Shown: piece after piece, positions 24,701 to 31,868 of the stretch
Layout of the letters: the number at the start of each line of letters is the position of its first letter
Numbering within the stretch: position 1 is the stretch's first letter
Virus record (IMG/VR): IMGVR_UViG_3300005860_000041
Coordinates: 1 to 50,106 of that record
Strand: one strand, 5' to 3'
DNA: 50,106 bases
Source: a virus
Taxonomy: Duplodnaviria > Caudoviricetes
Position numbers and translations under genes: made by a program
Notes under the pieces: model-generated
What the model was told of the DNA's origin: nothing
Databases searched by the model: none
Seen by the model: only the letters and a program-made list of their open reading frames with translations

Positions 24701-26538
24701 GGGGCTCTTTTAATATTTTCCCAAACTACTTGAGGAATGTCCTCAAAACGCCGCTCTTTAACCGCCCCAAAGATATCGGCAACTGTCATTGCAAACGGTG
24801 CTCCCGTAGCCCACTCTGTCGCTGTTTTTGCAACATATGTAAGTGGATGTTCAATTTCCCTCACAATCGGCTGTGCAGTCCCTATTCCTGTAATTTTTAT
24901 TACCGATGGAAATTCTTTCTGTAGAACCTTTCCAACGAGGTTCGCCGCAGGTCTCCCACTCCATGCCATCATTGGTATGAATGACGCTGTAGACGCTACA
25001 CCAGATACAAACGCCTTTATTACCTTGTCAAGCTCTTTCGATAGATTTTCTACCTCTTGTGACTTTTGCCATGCTTGCTCTAACCCAACTACCGTGGCAA
25101 ACGGAATTGCCGACTTCATAATACCTAAAAATGTTTGTGCGCGCCTTGATGCAGTAAGAACACGCATTGCCTCAAGCGCTTCTTCGATAACCTTCGCACC
25201 TCGAAAACCTTTTGCTATAGTTCCAAACCCAGCCGTAAGTGCGCCTGCAACGGCACTTTCTACAAAGAGCCTTACAGCCTCACCACCTATGCGCGCTATT
25301 CGCTCTGTCCAACTGTAGTTTCTGCCTTCAATAACTGGCACATAAATGAGAGGGATGTCAATTTCACGCCATTCATTTGCCCCAGTCTTGACAATGCCTC
25401 GCATAAACCTAAGCCCTCGTGCTATAGACCCTGCAAAACCTTCGGTAAACGCCGCCATGCCACGCTCAACATCAGAGGTAACTGCGATTTCTTTCCTAAA
25501 CCAGTCACGGTATTGTGGTGGGAGAACTTTCTCATTTACAGTAATTCCGTGCACCTTAGCAAGCTGTAAGTTCTGAGGGTTATTCAAATCCCCGATAACT
25601 CTACTCCCTTTTCCCCTACCAACGGTCTTGAAAAGTGGCTCCCAGAAGTTTTTCATCAACATGCTGTTGTCTTTGAAGTTGTTGGTGTAAACTTTGTTCA
25701 AAGTTTGCATCGCAGCAGTTTTAAGAACATCCCAACTTGAGAATGTTTTTGGTTCAGTTGACATGACGATTTCGTGTATCTTGTTAACCATACCATAAAT
25801 TGCAAGCTCAATAGTGCCAGTAAGCGCAGTGCTCCGCTCCCTCTTGATAGCTTGATTGTGCGCGTTAAGCCGTTGACCTTCTTGTAACGCAATGTTGGAA
25901 GAATGCCTGAATATATTGCTTAGGTGAGGTAGTATAACCATGAGGGCTTGCCTTACTTGCGTTGGTGTCATATTTGCCCATGCGTCTGCGGTAACTAATT
26001 TCTGGTTAGCAGGCGCAGATATAAACGAACGCCAACTTGAAGCCTGCCCTTTTATGCTCTCATCTGGCACCATCGTGTAGTAGTAGTCAATCCACCGAGT
26101 GATAGAAGATAAAAGCTTAGCAACATCACTGCCATGTATGACACGCTCACCAAGTCTTGCGTAAGTGTTGCCAAACTTTTTTGCGCGCCGTCTTTCAGGT
26201 GACAACGCTTGCTCTTCAAGGGTTATTTGGTTGATGAACTCAGGAATTGTCGCCACAAGGCGTCCAATAGTCCACCTTTGTTCTCCTTTCTTTTTGCTCC
26301 TATCCTCGGGTAATACCTGCCCAAACCACACTTGAAACGCCAAAGGAATAGAATTCCTTCTAATTCGGTTGGCAGATTGAAGAATAGCTTGGTTAAGTGA
26401 GTGAACATCGCCATTATGAAACTTGTAAAGCCACCGCAGTATGTAAATTGCCGTGGCTTCTTTTTCTTGCTCAGAAGCATACGAAGCCCCAAATAGCGTC
26501 CTTGTCTCAAGCGACTTCAGTTTTTGAAGCTCTTCCAT
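12739..26538 (-). CDS. Giant (~4600 aa) putative internal virion/DNA-ejection polyvalent protein
   Basis: 13.8-kb ORF ending the virion module; helical E/K/R-rich sequence, Pro/Thr linker near 24390-24610, amphipathic C-terminal region. Confidence 0.8.
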   Translation of the reverse strand: MEELQKLKSLETRTLFGASYASEQEKEATAIYILRWLYKFHNGDVHSLNQAILQSANRIRRNSIPLAFQVWFGQVLPEDRSKKKGEQRWTIGRLVATIPEFINQITLEEQALSPERRRAKKFGNTYARLGERVIHGSDVAKLLSSITRWIDYYYTMVPDESIKGQASSWRSFISAPANQKLVTADAWANMTPTQVRQALMVILPHLSNIFRHSSNIALQEGQRLNAHNQAIKRERSTALTGTIELAIYGMVNKIHEIVMSTEPKTFSSWDVLKTAAMQTLNKVYTNNFKDNSMLMKNFWEPLFKTVGRGKGSRVIGDLNNPQNLQLAKVHGITVNEKVLPPQYRDWFRKEIAVTSDVERGMAAFTEGFAGSIARGLRFMRGIVKTGANEWREIDIPLIYVPVIEGRNYSWTERIARIGGEAVRLFVESAVAGALTAGFGTIAKGFRGAKVIEEALEAMRVLTASRRAQTFLGIMKSAIPFATVVGLEQAWQKSQEVENLSKELDKVIKAFVSGVASTASFIPMMAWSGRPAANLVGKVLQKEFPSVIKITGIGTAQPIVREIEHPLTYVAKTATEWATGAPFAMTVADIFGAVKERRFEDIPQVVWENIKRAPEEALKGALLAMFHVPAWTFEYQEEVAKSRRTHPLPPSPTVPQAPTPQAPAPTTVPVPQAPAPTTAPTPTPAPTPTPAPQAPQVPPAPTTTPAPRAPIPTPAPMPPDIGIQPTEWRNIDVSESSRRFTEELSRERFAPTSKASANVLQAVQQLLQTDVKRIPVEGEEVSRQLTSVVEKTGEQFRNAVGKLTRALTSAGIDENVARQMAHEAVALEVLNKAKEVGINVEHVFRDPLRVVSEIVKEQPIDESARKEHSSRVVRLYTEIANKLQALQESVTEEGQVRNSDVFLSVLMQHPMWQLACEALSSTQVLKDVNVTFHPPTEWRKLRRVTVEPVYARTLTDVLQQVEAKAKELKLSPEQTEALRRVAQILHYASPTGDADYITMASSYALNAIWGRLAQPKATPEQKASIVRENPDIAIAIAFNDVNLLAQAIKNQIHAYLSVMKPPMLRIAPQDVEVIAQKAARLLIERADRVRLTPEEFEKYMAQQEIASNIALDIVRLLGRVPSEAELRSTTIYAVNDIINTIENYRGAELFPYRPLSEYYHAVKAKFGEQVAKNRLMEVLRPAIVQELVRLSRQPTEEIRNMLGAIDVMNLEALSLLKREKKIPVVEETVRALEKLTETPTDVEAWKQFVSEEIAQAIRKYRDIPVFKAHTTRLLGLVRGVMAENALTEVLDCLDKPVQEAFDKLREFGELVKSGKVNDRVREEYNVVAKNIQALIDTLVALHEGKPLPSNPLADAIKSYERIGGPFEGDAFTMLSLHLLERLQQLHLAETTIAREAMLRYFTDVVDASISSTKEPKIPTYPSYETMLPTVMHQVLPPNEERGMLLLEIIRNKLETVEHLQEAQVKGIPREYMDDYFLGRALFYLHPEGIDRSILPKEYWENKDAVEALRKGFNDAKAGKPPEIEPVEVKPSVPVVVERAPTTPTERPSIEVAVVDKPTLELPPETPKRNFVVETEEQLRETPSPEVEVPPNVVDTNMSALIDDKPVPIELRPVKFDEPRIGIEDVKKMVESMDRIFRAPEFVEYVPIGMATSTPHGVYDSSVHMLFRVVTSQDLWNKLSSEDRGAIHTLISHLYRQWQDAFPNEASFMKAMQELWTRIRFEEPVATGWSILKSPAQSLLETFTKHSDEIRQRYGEEVYQKLRACIVGDKLLPLIPQIEMPQGFKTQLYSPSVTPEVLRSMGYFKVAKREEAKEVSPKELEAPKPPVEEPAMEAQQRREVWSNIAADLFSALEAEEGLASGRLSWEQKKQAQIGVKQPTAMLWLGEKEQDAFNVLIKTAEQAGLKEQVRLSIDTIWTNPHLNLPFSEALRELEIRGLAVTSDPTALLATIREIKHGHAMSHLLYAYTSAYGKVRTSPLVQTLIGHIPSPYEVFDLALRQIEKYKGMSQQEVLRATMSSLETLARQLAKKRGEPLTSEEVASLLSNALYGIATKTADELSSHVTDEALPALRTTIYKMLLFHTLFPYPKEDHRDAWQKLWYPKGIERTDAIDALESQTLGSLRLLTDLFNIAVKVNRGMLDRIVRGEEKPTAPERSEVVEAITRRRKKPVSVPEIPPEEIGRETTEELEEVVGGEPLVASEIDWVHLVEIEEMTPDVVEELIEAREEEKTSKAWAKRQKATMPIEIVNVEDLIDTLERAMQAWGITIARHATGEVREGDKDFLWLSRWHDTANMVFKGATTEDFISASMFATLGAFKSTVGDKYVGMRASERVEFTPIEEVVGRETKEGEEYEVLPPELTTNLTIEKLRGVTASDPKKGFEEFFDLSRKIRRPEAVFEIIDKTAPSISPVIKTALIIGTHESGEMTIPGTGIKRFYTPSLLEAMWSRPEVAQNYVRALRELSTEFEKRNQPTLAKAFKEVAEIYSDIASDEFSWLKVSNIYASLGTLIGALRYVERNIDAFADKLPSGVSKKEFADVIRNALWRLEHTREIARELLVSFPRINTFNSALKGIVQELQSEAVTSKLPVLHMIAESGDVMFLEQNKQIVSDIARAISDRITESLKGMPDKTFFKDYLFSLLTSQRSLYEVSSEDINLTLNYLFRRQFPQLTQTPDVTRRTARILSHLIDLIRHEATALDVILARAMRGRMELEARAEAGEVTGVGIKMFAPQVHTKGREIYILDIPTSSFLRHTHETTGLSVANIGSIVEKEFHTVPTIASAVTRTLLQTDPWNAEIINKMLHELRRIGIDEHAPSPLVEFLSRALQQAQQSPQGIPANKLELFIAYLNELENHLNLPFIRDAQQRRFVFNTICGSHLRALRGSLNALKDTIVEASGGLTKEEVETVLNYFSLWQHLMYAPPAKDVERLYDQLTTIYNQIRKMAQEGNRKNLLTLAESLSELSALQLYLSQLGKAFGNLKNIRDVERFLEKPTKAEVEVVTEKPQKGVYVPTVRVVGGTYAAPRFVVDISRMVDVSSIKPVESITADHLAKLSANKGILVTKEALERYVTALHTASTYALFVAERENADAETLQRLHQVVQITEKLVENVKSIPFRSFILTTQAPAYFIEQFAHPEDMIKLHRGMIETLREAIEELQAEKKAMPEKLPEIIKQIDQRIEFLSHYIDVLTAAEEAAPYPIMEYKPAIKELATELKRLHEERLKLEKQLKHSRVISKSIVNLWSMIHHLEDEIARAQKQLEQRPISYLTLHETIIDILKRIQNIDKYGESLKQREEALRQQLAWTHRKVATLEKILNRAGAKARPDVIAKYNELQQEEQALLKELERIRELREALPEVKRIADEVAKLAPEQPILLKPPVAPAPEGMKEERTVDINKLPAMSFIPLGPLAIEEGIKVAYGEAFSSALQGLAGLYLALRSLPFAHEALKRVPAYKNFVDRVEQSFTAPAPPKPSRGVLRTPPTASDLLYIIDRKSKGEIIPQHEIDVVIDDLLKAIEEGQVTFELPRALAKFRNSLLRSYDALKAIANQIAMRSGGRYDADTVAAFLYQTLIGGGIEARRRMRTELLPKLFGYFAAAEHVLEGGKNPESARVRVSDILRRWGMKLTHPLLKVRWQLWHENMRNVFDDIHRRIASLSGRRLTVDDLAQLNEKLIRELVLRFERAEAAGSKDPAHNVLQSDLVDLLARLHGVRRGQVLNVLIQQIGVPDTTLAGIMRKNAQFTYNAFMGAGTIQPIDIKLSADELQRFQKASVYFLVGSYKAYKLYNDVVRAYPFYQTIRPPMAHLAFWAPHHWDTSFSGVLKAGALEWIARAMGSPSADIYRAMLEGRRFMKTIIPQREFEPTTVEEALRLLSQKHVPIAGIPRRVIENVLGWEDPFTTAYRAVRGIVHMALEMPHAYSQDRLMKALYKGATKLEQQGTPDAINLANQYRQLADEIKNVAFQQVGYRPYYDLAGRSARVWERMIDTLFALTGKTIITFRPTVLLKNLSMSWGSYFAYEPTEPLPDKVERLAKAAWLFIADPEVKKFVGSQPAISEIDAEALFGLYHNLLRLAPQGLNDNEKARWVIDRLHEFAKDPIRAIRTTNELPFVLGDFMFKVCDAVPRAVIYIAEYLKWIGRGVDPVIARERASIASLITQAPLVSGGMPRALAQDPMRDFYRALTFFQSYGINKAFLQLDALGKALNRQLTPKERLWALTNFITSITVDMVAAAGLAWLLAEHSDDWKKLFVRSIFIDVVPPIAGDAAYRAYMATGRFRAELQMKHAAQAIEGAKQTWDELLGEYIAGGVTALRAMLGELPAEYGRGTTGGGFLPLPPVDFIVRLLDDTYDAVRLVGEVGAEWEQMKKRYPKEAQSLIDVVKMIYDNPIFSFEFGDRIMKDLWGFSIVLHVLSGGLTPMIPETVASAGRGALSLEKIQALMPKFTKEDMEAMSKISKALHGIQQSLYVLRGAPFTGEALTYAHIIHMTAPDEVKREALLSRMPKPDKVTPEQATAILRDILLSGIRFYNVRRFLVSEMNRNSPLIATLEEYARKSETLREKKKTYVSLDMLLKALERLKEIHEEEKEILKKAKAEAQIQPVPAKYGLGGEEE

Positions 26539-26556
26539 GCTCAACCCTCCTCTCTA

Positions 26557-28263
26557 TTAGAATGGCTCTAAGCCACCAGGATGAGGAGGTAAGTTTGGCG
26601 TTGATGGTGGCTCTGTCGGGAATGGTAGGTTAGGTATAGGCTCAAAGAAAAGTGGAGGTAGTTGCGATGACTGTGCCATCGGCGTGGGCGATGGAGACAC
26701 CGTAGGACGTGGCGTGTAACCATAAGTGCCACTACCTCCAGTTCCTACAATTAAGTTCATATGATTGGATATTTCGCTCATGTTTTGCAGAACCTGATAG
26801 ATAAACTGTGGGTTAATAGGTATCCCTTTGCTTTGTGCCTCTATAGCGTGTTTCAGTATACTCTCGTTCACTTTAGCGAGCTTGGACATACGGTCTATTA
26901 CTTGGTTCACTAAATATTCTCCGTATTTACCGCCTTCCATGCGCAGTTTCTCTAAGTCCATCATCAGTTTCTGGTTGTCAATATACATCTTGTGAAGGTC
27001 AAATTGCCTTCGGTGAAGGAACTGTTGCCATTCTAAAGCCATCTTTTGTGCGCTTTGCCATGCGCGCATAGCTGCTTCATACAATCTTACATCTTGTTGC
27101 ATCTTCTCTTTTAGCAAGCCATATTGACCTTGGATGACCTCTCTTTGTATTCCGCTGATAGCGCGCATTCTTTCTACTTCAAAGGCTTTTAGTGCATTTA
27201 GCATTGCTTCCCTATCCTTTTGCGAAAGTTCCATTTGCTTCATTCCCACATCTACTACTGCTCTTACAGAAGCACCAACAATGTCTGCCACCTTGTTAAT
27301 TTCCTCAATTGGCAACCCTATGCGCATAAGGTTGGCTATCATTTGTGAGTAGTGATACATTGCATTGTTGACATTGCCACGCCATAGCTCACTGCTAATC
27401 AAGTTTGTAGCATTCCCAATCACATCGCCTGCCATTCGCCTAATGTAATCACCAAAGGGCTTAAATGTAGCGTCCGTAAGGACACGATTGAGTAACTGTC
27501 GCACCGTTGGGTCTTGAGACGAATAGAGCACCTTAAGGGCTTCTTCGGGTTTGCCCTCGGCTAACCACTCTTTTGCTTCTAAAGTAAGCCTGACAATTTC
27601 ATTGGCTGTTTCTTGAGACGTTTGAGGTAAAGAGATGGCTTGTTGTAGCCTTGTAATTGCCTCATCTATTGTCATCGCAAGCTTCTCTTTCATTCCCACT
27701 CTCAAGCGAGCCATTTGAACAGCTTCTTCTTTTCTTGGCGCTTGCTCAACTTCTATCTCGGTCAAGAGTAGCTGTCTTAAGGGCTCAAAATGTAGCGCAA
27801 GTTGCTGACGAAAAACCTCTCTTTGCCTCTGTAACCAATCCTCAAGTTGCCTCATCTGTATCTCCTTTACTTGTGGCGGCGTTGTTGAAACAACACTAAC
27901 TAATGCCCTTAACGGTGACAATGATAACCTGCCCATTGCACCTAACGCCTCTCTCTGTAGTTTCAAATATTCTTCATAGTCCGTTGGTCCAAGATTTTGC
28001 CACCTATTGTAAATGTCAAGCGCCAAACTTGCTTCTTCTTGTAATCGCTTCCATTCACGCTCCTTTTGCCTTTGCTTCCTTCGTGAGCGTGAAAGGAGTA
28101 GAATTGGAACTAAGTCCATCACAACTTGATAAAGCCCTGAAGTGCCTGCTGGGTATTGCCTTGGCTGTGAATAATAGCGCAATACCTCAGATGCCGACAA
28201 ATTTTCAACATCATCTTGCAGTGGTTGCGCAAGTTGTAAAACTGTGCTTATAAGGTCAGGCAT
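26557..28263 (-). CDS. Helical Gln/Met-rich putative ejection protein
   Basis: 568-aa ORF before the giant gene; coiled-coil composition. Confidence 0.6.
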   Translation of the reverse strand: MPDLISTVLQLAQPLQDDVENLSASEVLRYYSQPRQYPAGTSGLYQVVMDLVPILLLSRSRRKQRQKEREWKRLQEEASLALDIYNRWQNLGPTDYEEYLKLQREALGAMGRLSLSPLRALVSVVSTTPPQVKEIQMRQLEDWLQRQREVFRQQLALHFEPLRQLLLTEIEVEQAPRKEEAVQMARLRVGMKEKLAMTIDEAITRLQQAISLPQTSQETANEIVRLTLEAKEWLAEGKPEEALKVLYSSQDPTVRQLLNRVLTDATFKPFGDYIRRMAGDVIGNATNLISSELWRGNVNNAMYHYSQMIANLMRIGLPIEEINKVADIVGASVRAVVDVGMKQMELSQKDREAMLNALKAFEVERMRAISGIQREVIQGQYGLLKEKMQQDVRLYEAAMRAWQSAQKMALEWQQFLHRRQFDLHKMYIDNQKLMMDLEKLRMEGGKYGEYLVNQVIDRMSKLAKVNESILKHAIEAQSKGIPINPQFIYQVLQNMSEISNHMNLIVGTGGSGTYGYTPRPTVSPSPTPMAQSSQLPPLFFEPIPNLPFPTEPPSTPNLPPHPGGLEPF

Positions 28264-28274
28264 TATAAATCACC

Positions 28275-30002
28275 TCACACAATGTCAAATGTGATAAAGC
28301 CTGCATACTCAAAACCACCCATGGAAGTTAAGTCATGGATGGCAATAGAATAAGTGTAGCCATAAATAAGAGAAACTGTCGCAAGTGGACTACCTTTGGC
28401 AAACTGAGATGATGTTACCCATTCCCAATAGCCATCGCTACGATAAATCCCAATCTCCGCATACCCCATGCCACTCACCGGAGAAACACTCGCAACATAG
28501 ATATACATTGTCTGGTTTGTAGATGGAGTGTAAGTCCATAGATACCCAATTGCACCCGCACTCGGCGATGTCCATTTGCCTGATACCGTAGGTAATGGAG
28601 TTCCACCACCACTACCGCCTCCTATGGCACTAATTGTCACATTGACTTTGTTGTTTGTTGCATCGTCAGTGGCTGAAATTGTAACATTAGTGCCTGCTAT
28701 TAGATTGATGCGCTTCCTTGTGCCAATTAATGTTCCATTGGCTTCAACTTCAACCTTTTGCACAGTTGTATCATTGACAACACTTAGCGTCCTATCAACA
28801 CTTAAATCACCACCACCAGTTAGTCCTGTGCCTGTATTAATGCACCTTGATGTCCTGACAATCGTCGCTGGAATGTCAGCATCTTGTATGCTTGACCATT
28901 GCACATCCGTGCCATCACTGCGTAAGTATTGACCTGCCGAACCTATTGCCATCTTTTGCCACTTAATTGTATTATCAGCTTGCAATCGTGCAACTATAAT
29001 GTCACCCCTACTTGGTATGCCTGCAACTGTGTCATTGTGAGATGCACCAAGTAAGGCGTGCGGTCCTGGTTCAGCACTTCCAGTTGCAGTTATTGTGATG
29101 TCTGTCTTGTCGTTTGTTGCATCGTCAGACACAGAAATGCTGATGCCTGTGCCCTCCATTAGGTTGATGCGCTTCCTCGTGGAAATAAGCGTGCCTGCTT
29201 TTGCAACCTCAACTTTTTGAACTGTAGTGTTTGGCACAACTTCAATGGTTCTATCAGCACTTAGGTCACCGCCACCTGTTAACCCTGTGCCTGTGTTAAT
29301 CCTTCGTGAAGTTCTAACGATAGTATTTGGGATGTCGCTATCTTGAATGTTTGCCCACTGAACATCAGTCCCATCGCTCCTCAAATACTGTCCCGCTGAG
29401 CCTATCGCTTTCTTCTGCCACTTGATTGTATTGTCTGCTTGTAGTTGTGCAACAATAATGTCACCACGGGCTGGCGTCCCTGCAACTGTGTCTGTATGCG
29501 TGGCACTAAGTAAGTTATGATTAGTTGTGCTACCACCTCCACCAGTAGCAGAGATGATAATCTTCTTTAGCGCATTGTCTTGTGTCAGTGTCACATTTTG
29601 ACCTGCTTCAAAATACACATTGCCATGAAGTAGCGCTTGAGAAGCTACAGCGATACCAGTCACAACATCAACTTGTGGTGTGGTCGGCTTTGAAATGAGA
29701 CATGAACGAAAATCAATCTCTGTAGTCCCGCTTGGCACTCTAAGGTAAAGCTTAAGGTCGCCTTCAACATATGGCACTGTCATCTCGTAATAGCTGTTAG
29801 GGTCATCGGTTTCTTCGTTTGGCACAAGGTAAACTTCAAAGTAGCCATTTGCACCAGTCTTTGAAACAATGCCAAGCCTGCTATAAAGGATGTTTGGTGG
29901 CGCTGTCACACCATGACACAGCCTGATAAGGATAATTGTGTTAGAGAGTGGCTCTCCTGCCTCGTTGTATAAGTATCCTGTAACCTTCCTTTTGTTTGGC
30001 AT
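28275..30002 (-). CDS. Tail fibre protein with a 153-aa tandem duplication
   Basis: Two copies of INTGTGLTGGGDLSxDRT and GSAGQYLRSDGTDVQW; Gly linkers; distinct C-terminal tip. Confidence 0.85.
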   Translation of the reverse strand: MPNKRKVTGYLYNEAGEPLSNTIILIRLCHGVTAPPNILYSRLGIVSKTGANGYFEVYLVPNEETDDPNSYYEMTVPYVEGDLKLYLRVPSGTTEIDFRSCLISKPTTPQVDVVTGIAVASQALLHGNVYFEAGQNVTLTQDNALKKIIISATGGGGSTTNHNLLSATHTDTVAGTPARGDIIVAQLQADNTIKWQKKAIGSAGQYLRSDGTDVQWANIQDSDIPNTIVRTSRRINTGTGLTGGGDLSADRTIEVVPNTTVQKVEVAKAGTLISTRKRINLMEGTGISISVSDDATNDKTDITITATGSAEPGPHALLGASHNDTVAGIPSRGDIIVARLQADNTIKWQKMAIGSAGQYLRSDGTDVQWSSIQDADIPATIVRTSRCINTGTGLTGGGDLSVDRTLSVVNDTTVQKVEVEANGTLIGTRKRINLIAGTNVTISATDDATNNKVNVTISAIGGGSGGGTPLPTVSGKWTSPSAGAIGYLWTYTPSTNQTMYIYVASVSPVSGMGYAEIGIYRSDGYWEWVTSSQFAKGSPLATVSLIYGYTYSIAIHDLTSMGGFEYAGFITFDIV

Positions 30003-31255
30003 TACAAACCACCTGCCAACGCTAATAGGATTAATGGTGCAATGGCAGTTTGAGCTTGTGTTGGTGGCGCAGCTGGCACACCATACACGGCTCTAACTCC
30101 AGTTAACCCAAGTAACGCCTGCAACGCAGGTTGCCACATAGTAGCCTGTGTTTGTTGTAGCCAATTCATTAAGTTGAGCAAGTTTTGTTGTTGTTGTGCA
30201 CGCCACGCTTGCTCAACTGCCATCGCATTCCTTAGATATTGCTGGTAGGCTTGCATCGCTTGTAAGCCAAGCCCAGCAAGCGCTTGCTGCTGTGCAAACT
30301 GTTGTTGTGCTAATGCCATCGGTAGTTGCGCTGCAAGTTGCATCCTTTGAAGTTCTTGCCCAAGTTGTTGTTGATATGCCTGCCAAGGCATAAGATAGGC
30401 TTGCATGCCAAGTTGCGCAGCAGTTGGCGCAAGCCCAGCCGCAGTTTGATATGCGCCCATTGCTGCTGCTCCAAGATTTTGCAATGTATTCCATGCCTGT
30501 AGCATCAAGTTCTCTCGTTGTCCTATACGCTGTGCAAGTAATTGTGCCAAAGTAGCATCAAGCTCTGTGCCACGCCTTCTTAGAAGCTCTTCTTCAAGCC
30601 TTCCAGTGCCACCATGCCTCTCTAAGCCACGCACAATTGCTGATTGCCTAAGTTGCTTCACAAGGTCTTGTGTAGTTTGCTCCCATTGCTCTCTTAGTGC
30701 CCTCACAAGTGGGTCTGTCTCTCGTAAACTCTCAATCGTTGGTGCTTCAGTTAGTGGTAATGCTCTTTGTGCAAGCACATCAGTGTATCTTCGTGCAATA
30801 TCTTGTAATGCCACCGAAATCCTGTTTAGATAGTCAGCATAACCAACTCCAATGTCCTTTAGCGCCTCATACTGTGGTGTCCTTATGCCCCTACCAAGTG
30901 CACTTATAACCTCAGGCACATAAGTTTGAAGTTGCGATAACTCTGGTGTAGTGGAAGCTTGTAAGTTCTGAAGCGCCCATGTCACAAGCTGTGTCTCCTC
31001 AGGACGCTCATACATCCACCTCGCTGTAGTAGCAAACTCTGGCGATGGTGCTTCAACTTGCCTTGTCCACCATTGGAACAACGGCACCGCTTGTTGCATT
31101 ATAGCCTGTGGCGATGGCGCAACTGCACCCAAATACGGTGCTTCACCTAAAACTTGTGCTAAACCTTGTGCAAGCCAATGGAAATACGGGCGTGCCTCAA
31201 AACTTATCGCTGGCGCTTCACTTTCATATGGCATTACTGTTTGCTCTCGTGGCAT
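30002..31255 (-). CDS. Gln/Ala-rich putative DNA-ejection (pilot) protein
   Basis: Helical Q/A-rich composition, hydrophobic C-terminus, position in the tail module. Confidence 0.55.
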   Translation of the reverse strand: MPREQTVMPYESEAPAISFEARPYFHWLAQGLAQVLGEAPYLGAVAPSPQAIMQQAVPLFQWWTRQVEAPSPEFATTARWMYERPEETQLVTWALQNLQASTTPELSQLQTYVPEVISALGRGIRTPQYEALKDIGVGYADYLNRISVALQDIARRYTDVLAQRALPLTEAPTIESLRETDPLVRALREQWEQTTQDLVKQLRQSAIVRGLERHGGTGRLEEELLRRRGTELDATLAQLLAQRIGQRENLMLQAWNTLQNLGAAAMGAYQTAAGLAPTAAQLGMQAYLMPWQAYQQQLGQELQRMQLAAQLPMALAQQQFAQQQALAGLGLQAMQAYQQYLRNAMAVEQAWRAQQQQNLLNLMNWLQQTQATMWQPALQALLGLTGVRAVYGVPAAPPTQAQTAIAPLILLALAGGL

Positions 31256-31261
31256 TCATAA

Positions 31262-31867
31262 TCACCTCACAAATGGATATTGGAACAAAAGAAGCGTGAC
31301 ATAAAATGTGTGATTGATGTCTGTTAACTTTGGTGTGTATTTAACCCACGAGCTAATACCAAGAGCTGTAGGCTCACCAAGATACCCCGAAATGTTTCTA
31401 AAAAGCAATACCCACACATTTGGTGGAATATCAATTATTTTTGTTGTGTTTGCAGGCAAAACGACATTTCGTAAATATGCATCTTTTGAATTGTTTCCAC
31501 TTCCTTTCCACTTGACAGTTAAGCAGTAATCTACAGTCAAATCTACATTGTTTGGATTGTGGGCTTGAATATACCCATAAAGTGGAATAAACCTGTCAAA
31601 AGGTATTTGTTCTGGAGGACTATCCCAACTCCTTTGCCCTATTATTGAAATCCACTTCGGAGCAGGGTATGTTTGGATATCACTCCACCTTTGTGGTATG
31701 TAAGTAACCATGCCATTGGTAAATATCCCTACATTCTCAGTCTTATGAGCAACTATCCTTAACTTCGTCACCAGATTTTGTGCCCATGATTGTAGTGTGC
31801 GCACTATGACACCTATATTTGCACCACCTTTGTGAACTTGTGGCAAAAGAAGGTCATCTATGCGCAT
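31262..31867 (-). CDS. Putative virion protein (beta-rich C-terminal domain)
   Basis: RBS AGGAGGTG before MRIDD; within the structural operon. Confidence 0.65.
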   Translation of the reverse strand: MRIDDLLLPQVHKGGANIGVIVRTLQSWAQNLVTKLRIVAHKTENVGIFTNGMVTYIPQRWSDIQTYPAPKWISIIGQRSWDSPPEQIPFDRFIPLYGYIQAHNPNNVDLTVDYCLTVKWKGSGNNSKDAYLRNVVLPANTTKIIDIPPNVWVLLFRNISGYLGEPTALGISSWVKYTPKLTDINHTFYVTLLLFQYPFVR

Positions 31868-31868
31868 G

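Noticed and set aside
12739-26538. Calling the giant protein an RNA polymerase, DarB methylase/helicase or transglycosylase
   Set aside because: No DxDGD, RxxxKxxxxxxxYG, NPPY/F, DEAH or clear lysozyme motif found by eye; kept only as a hypothesis.
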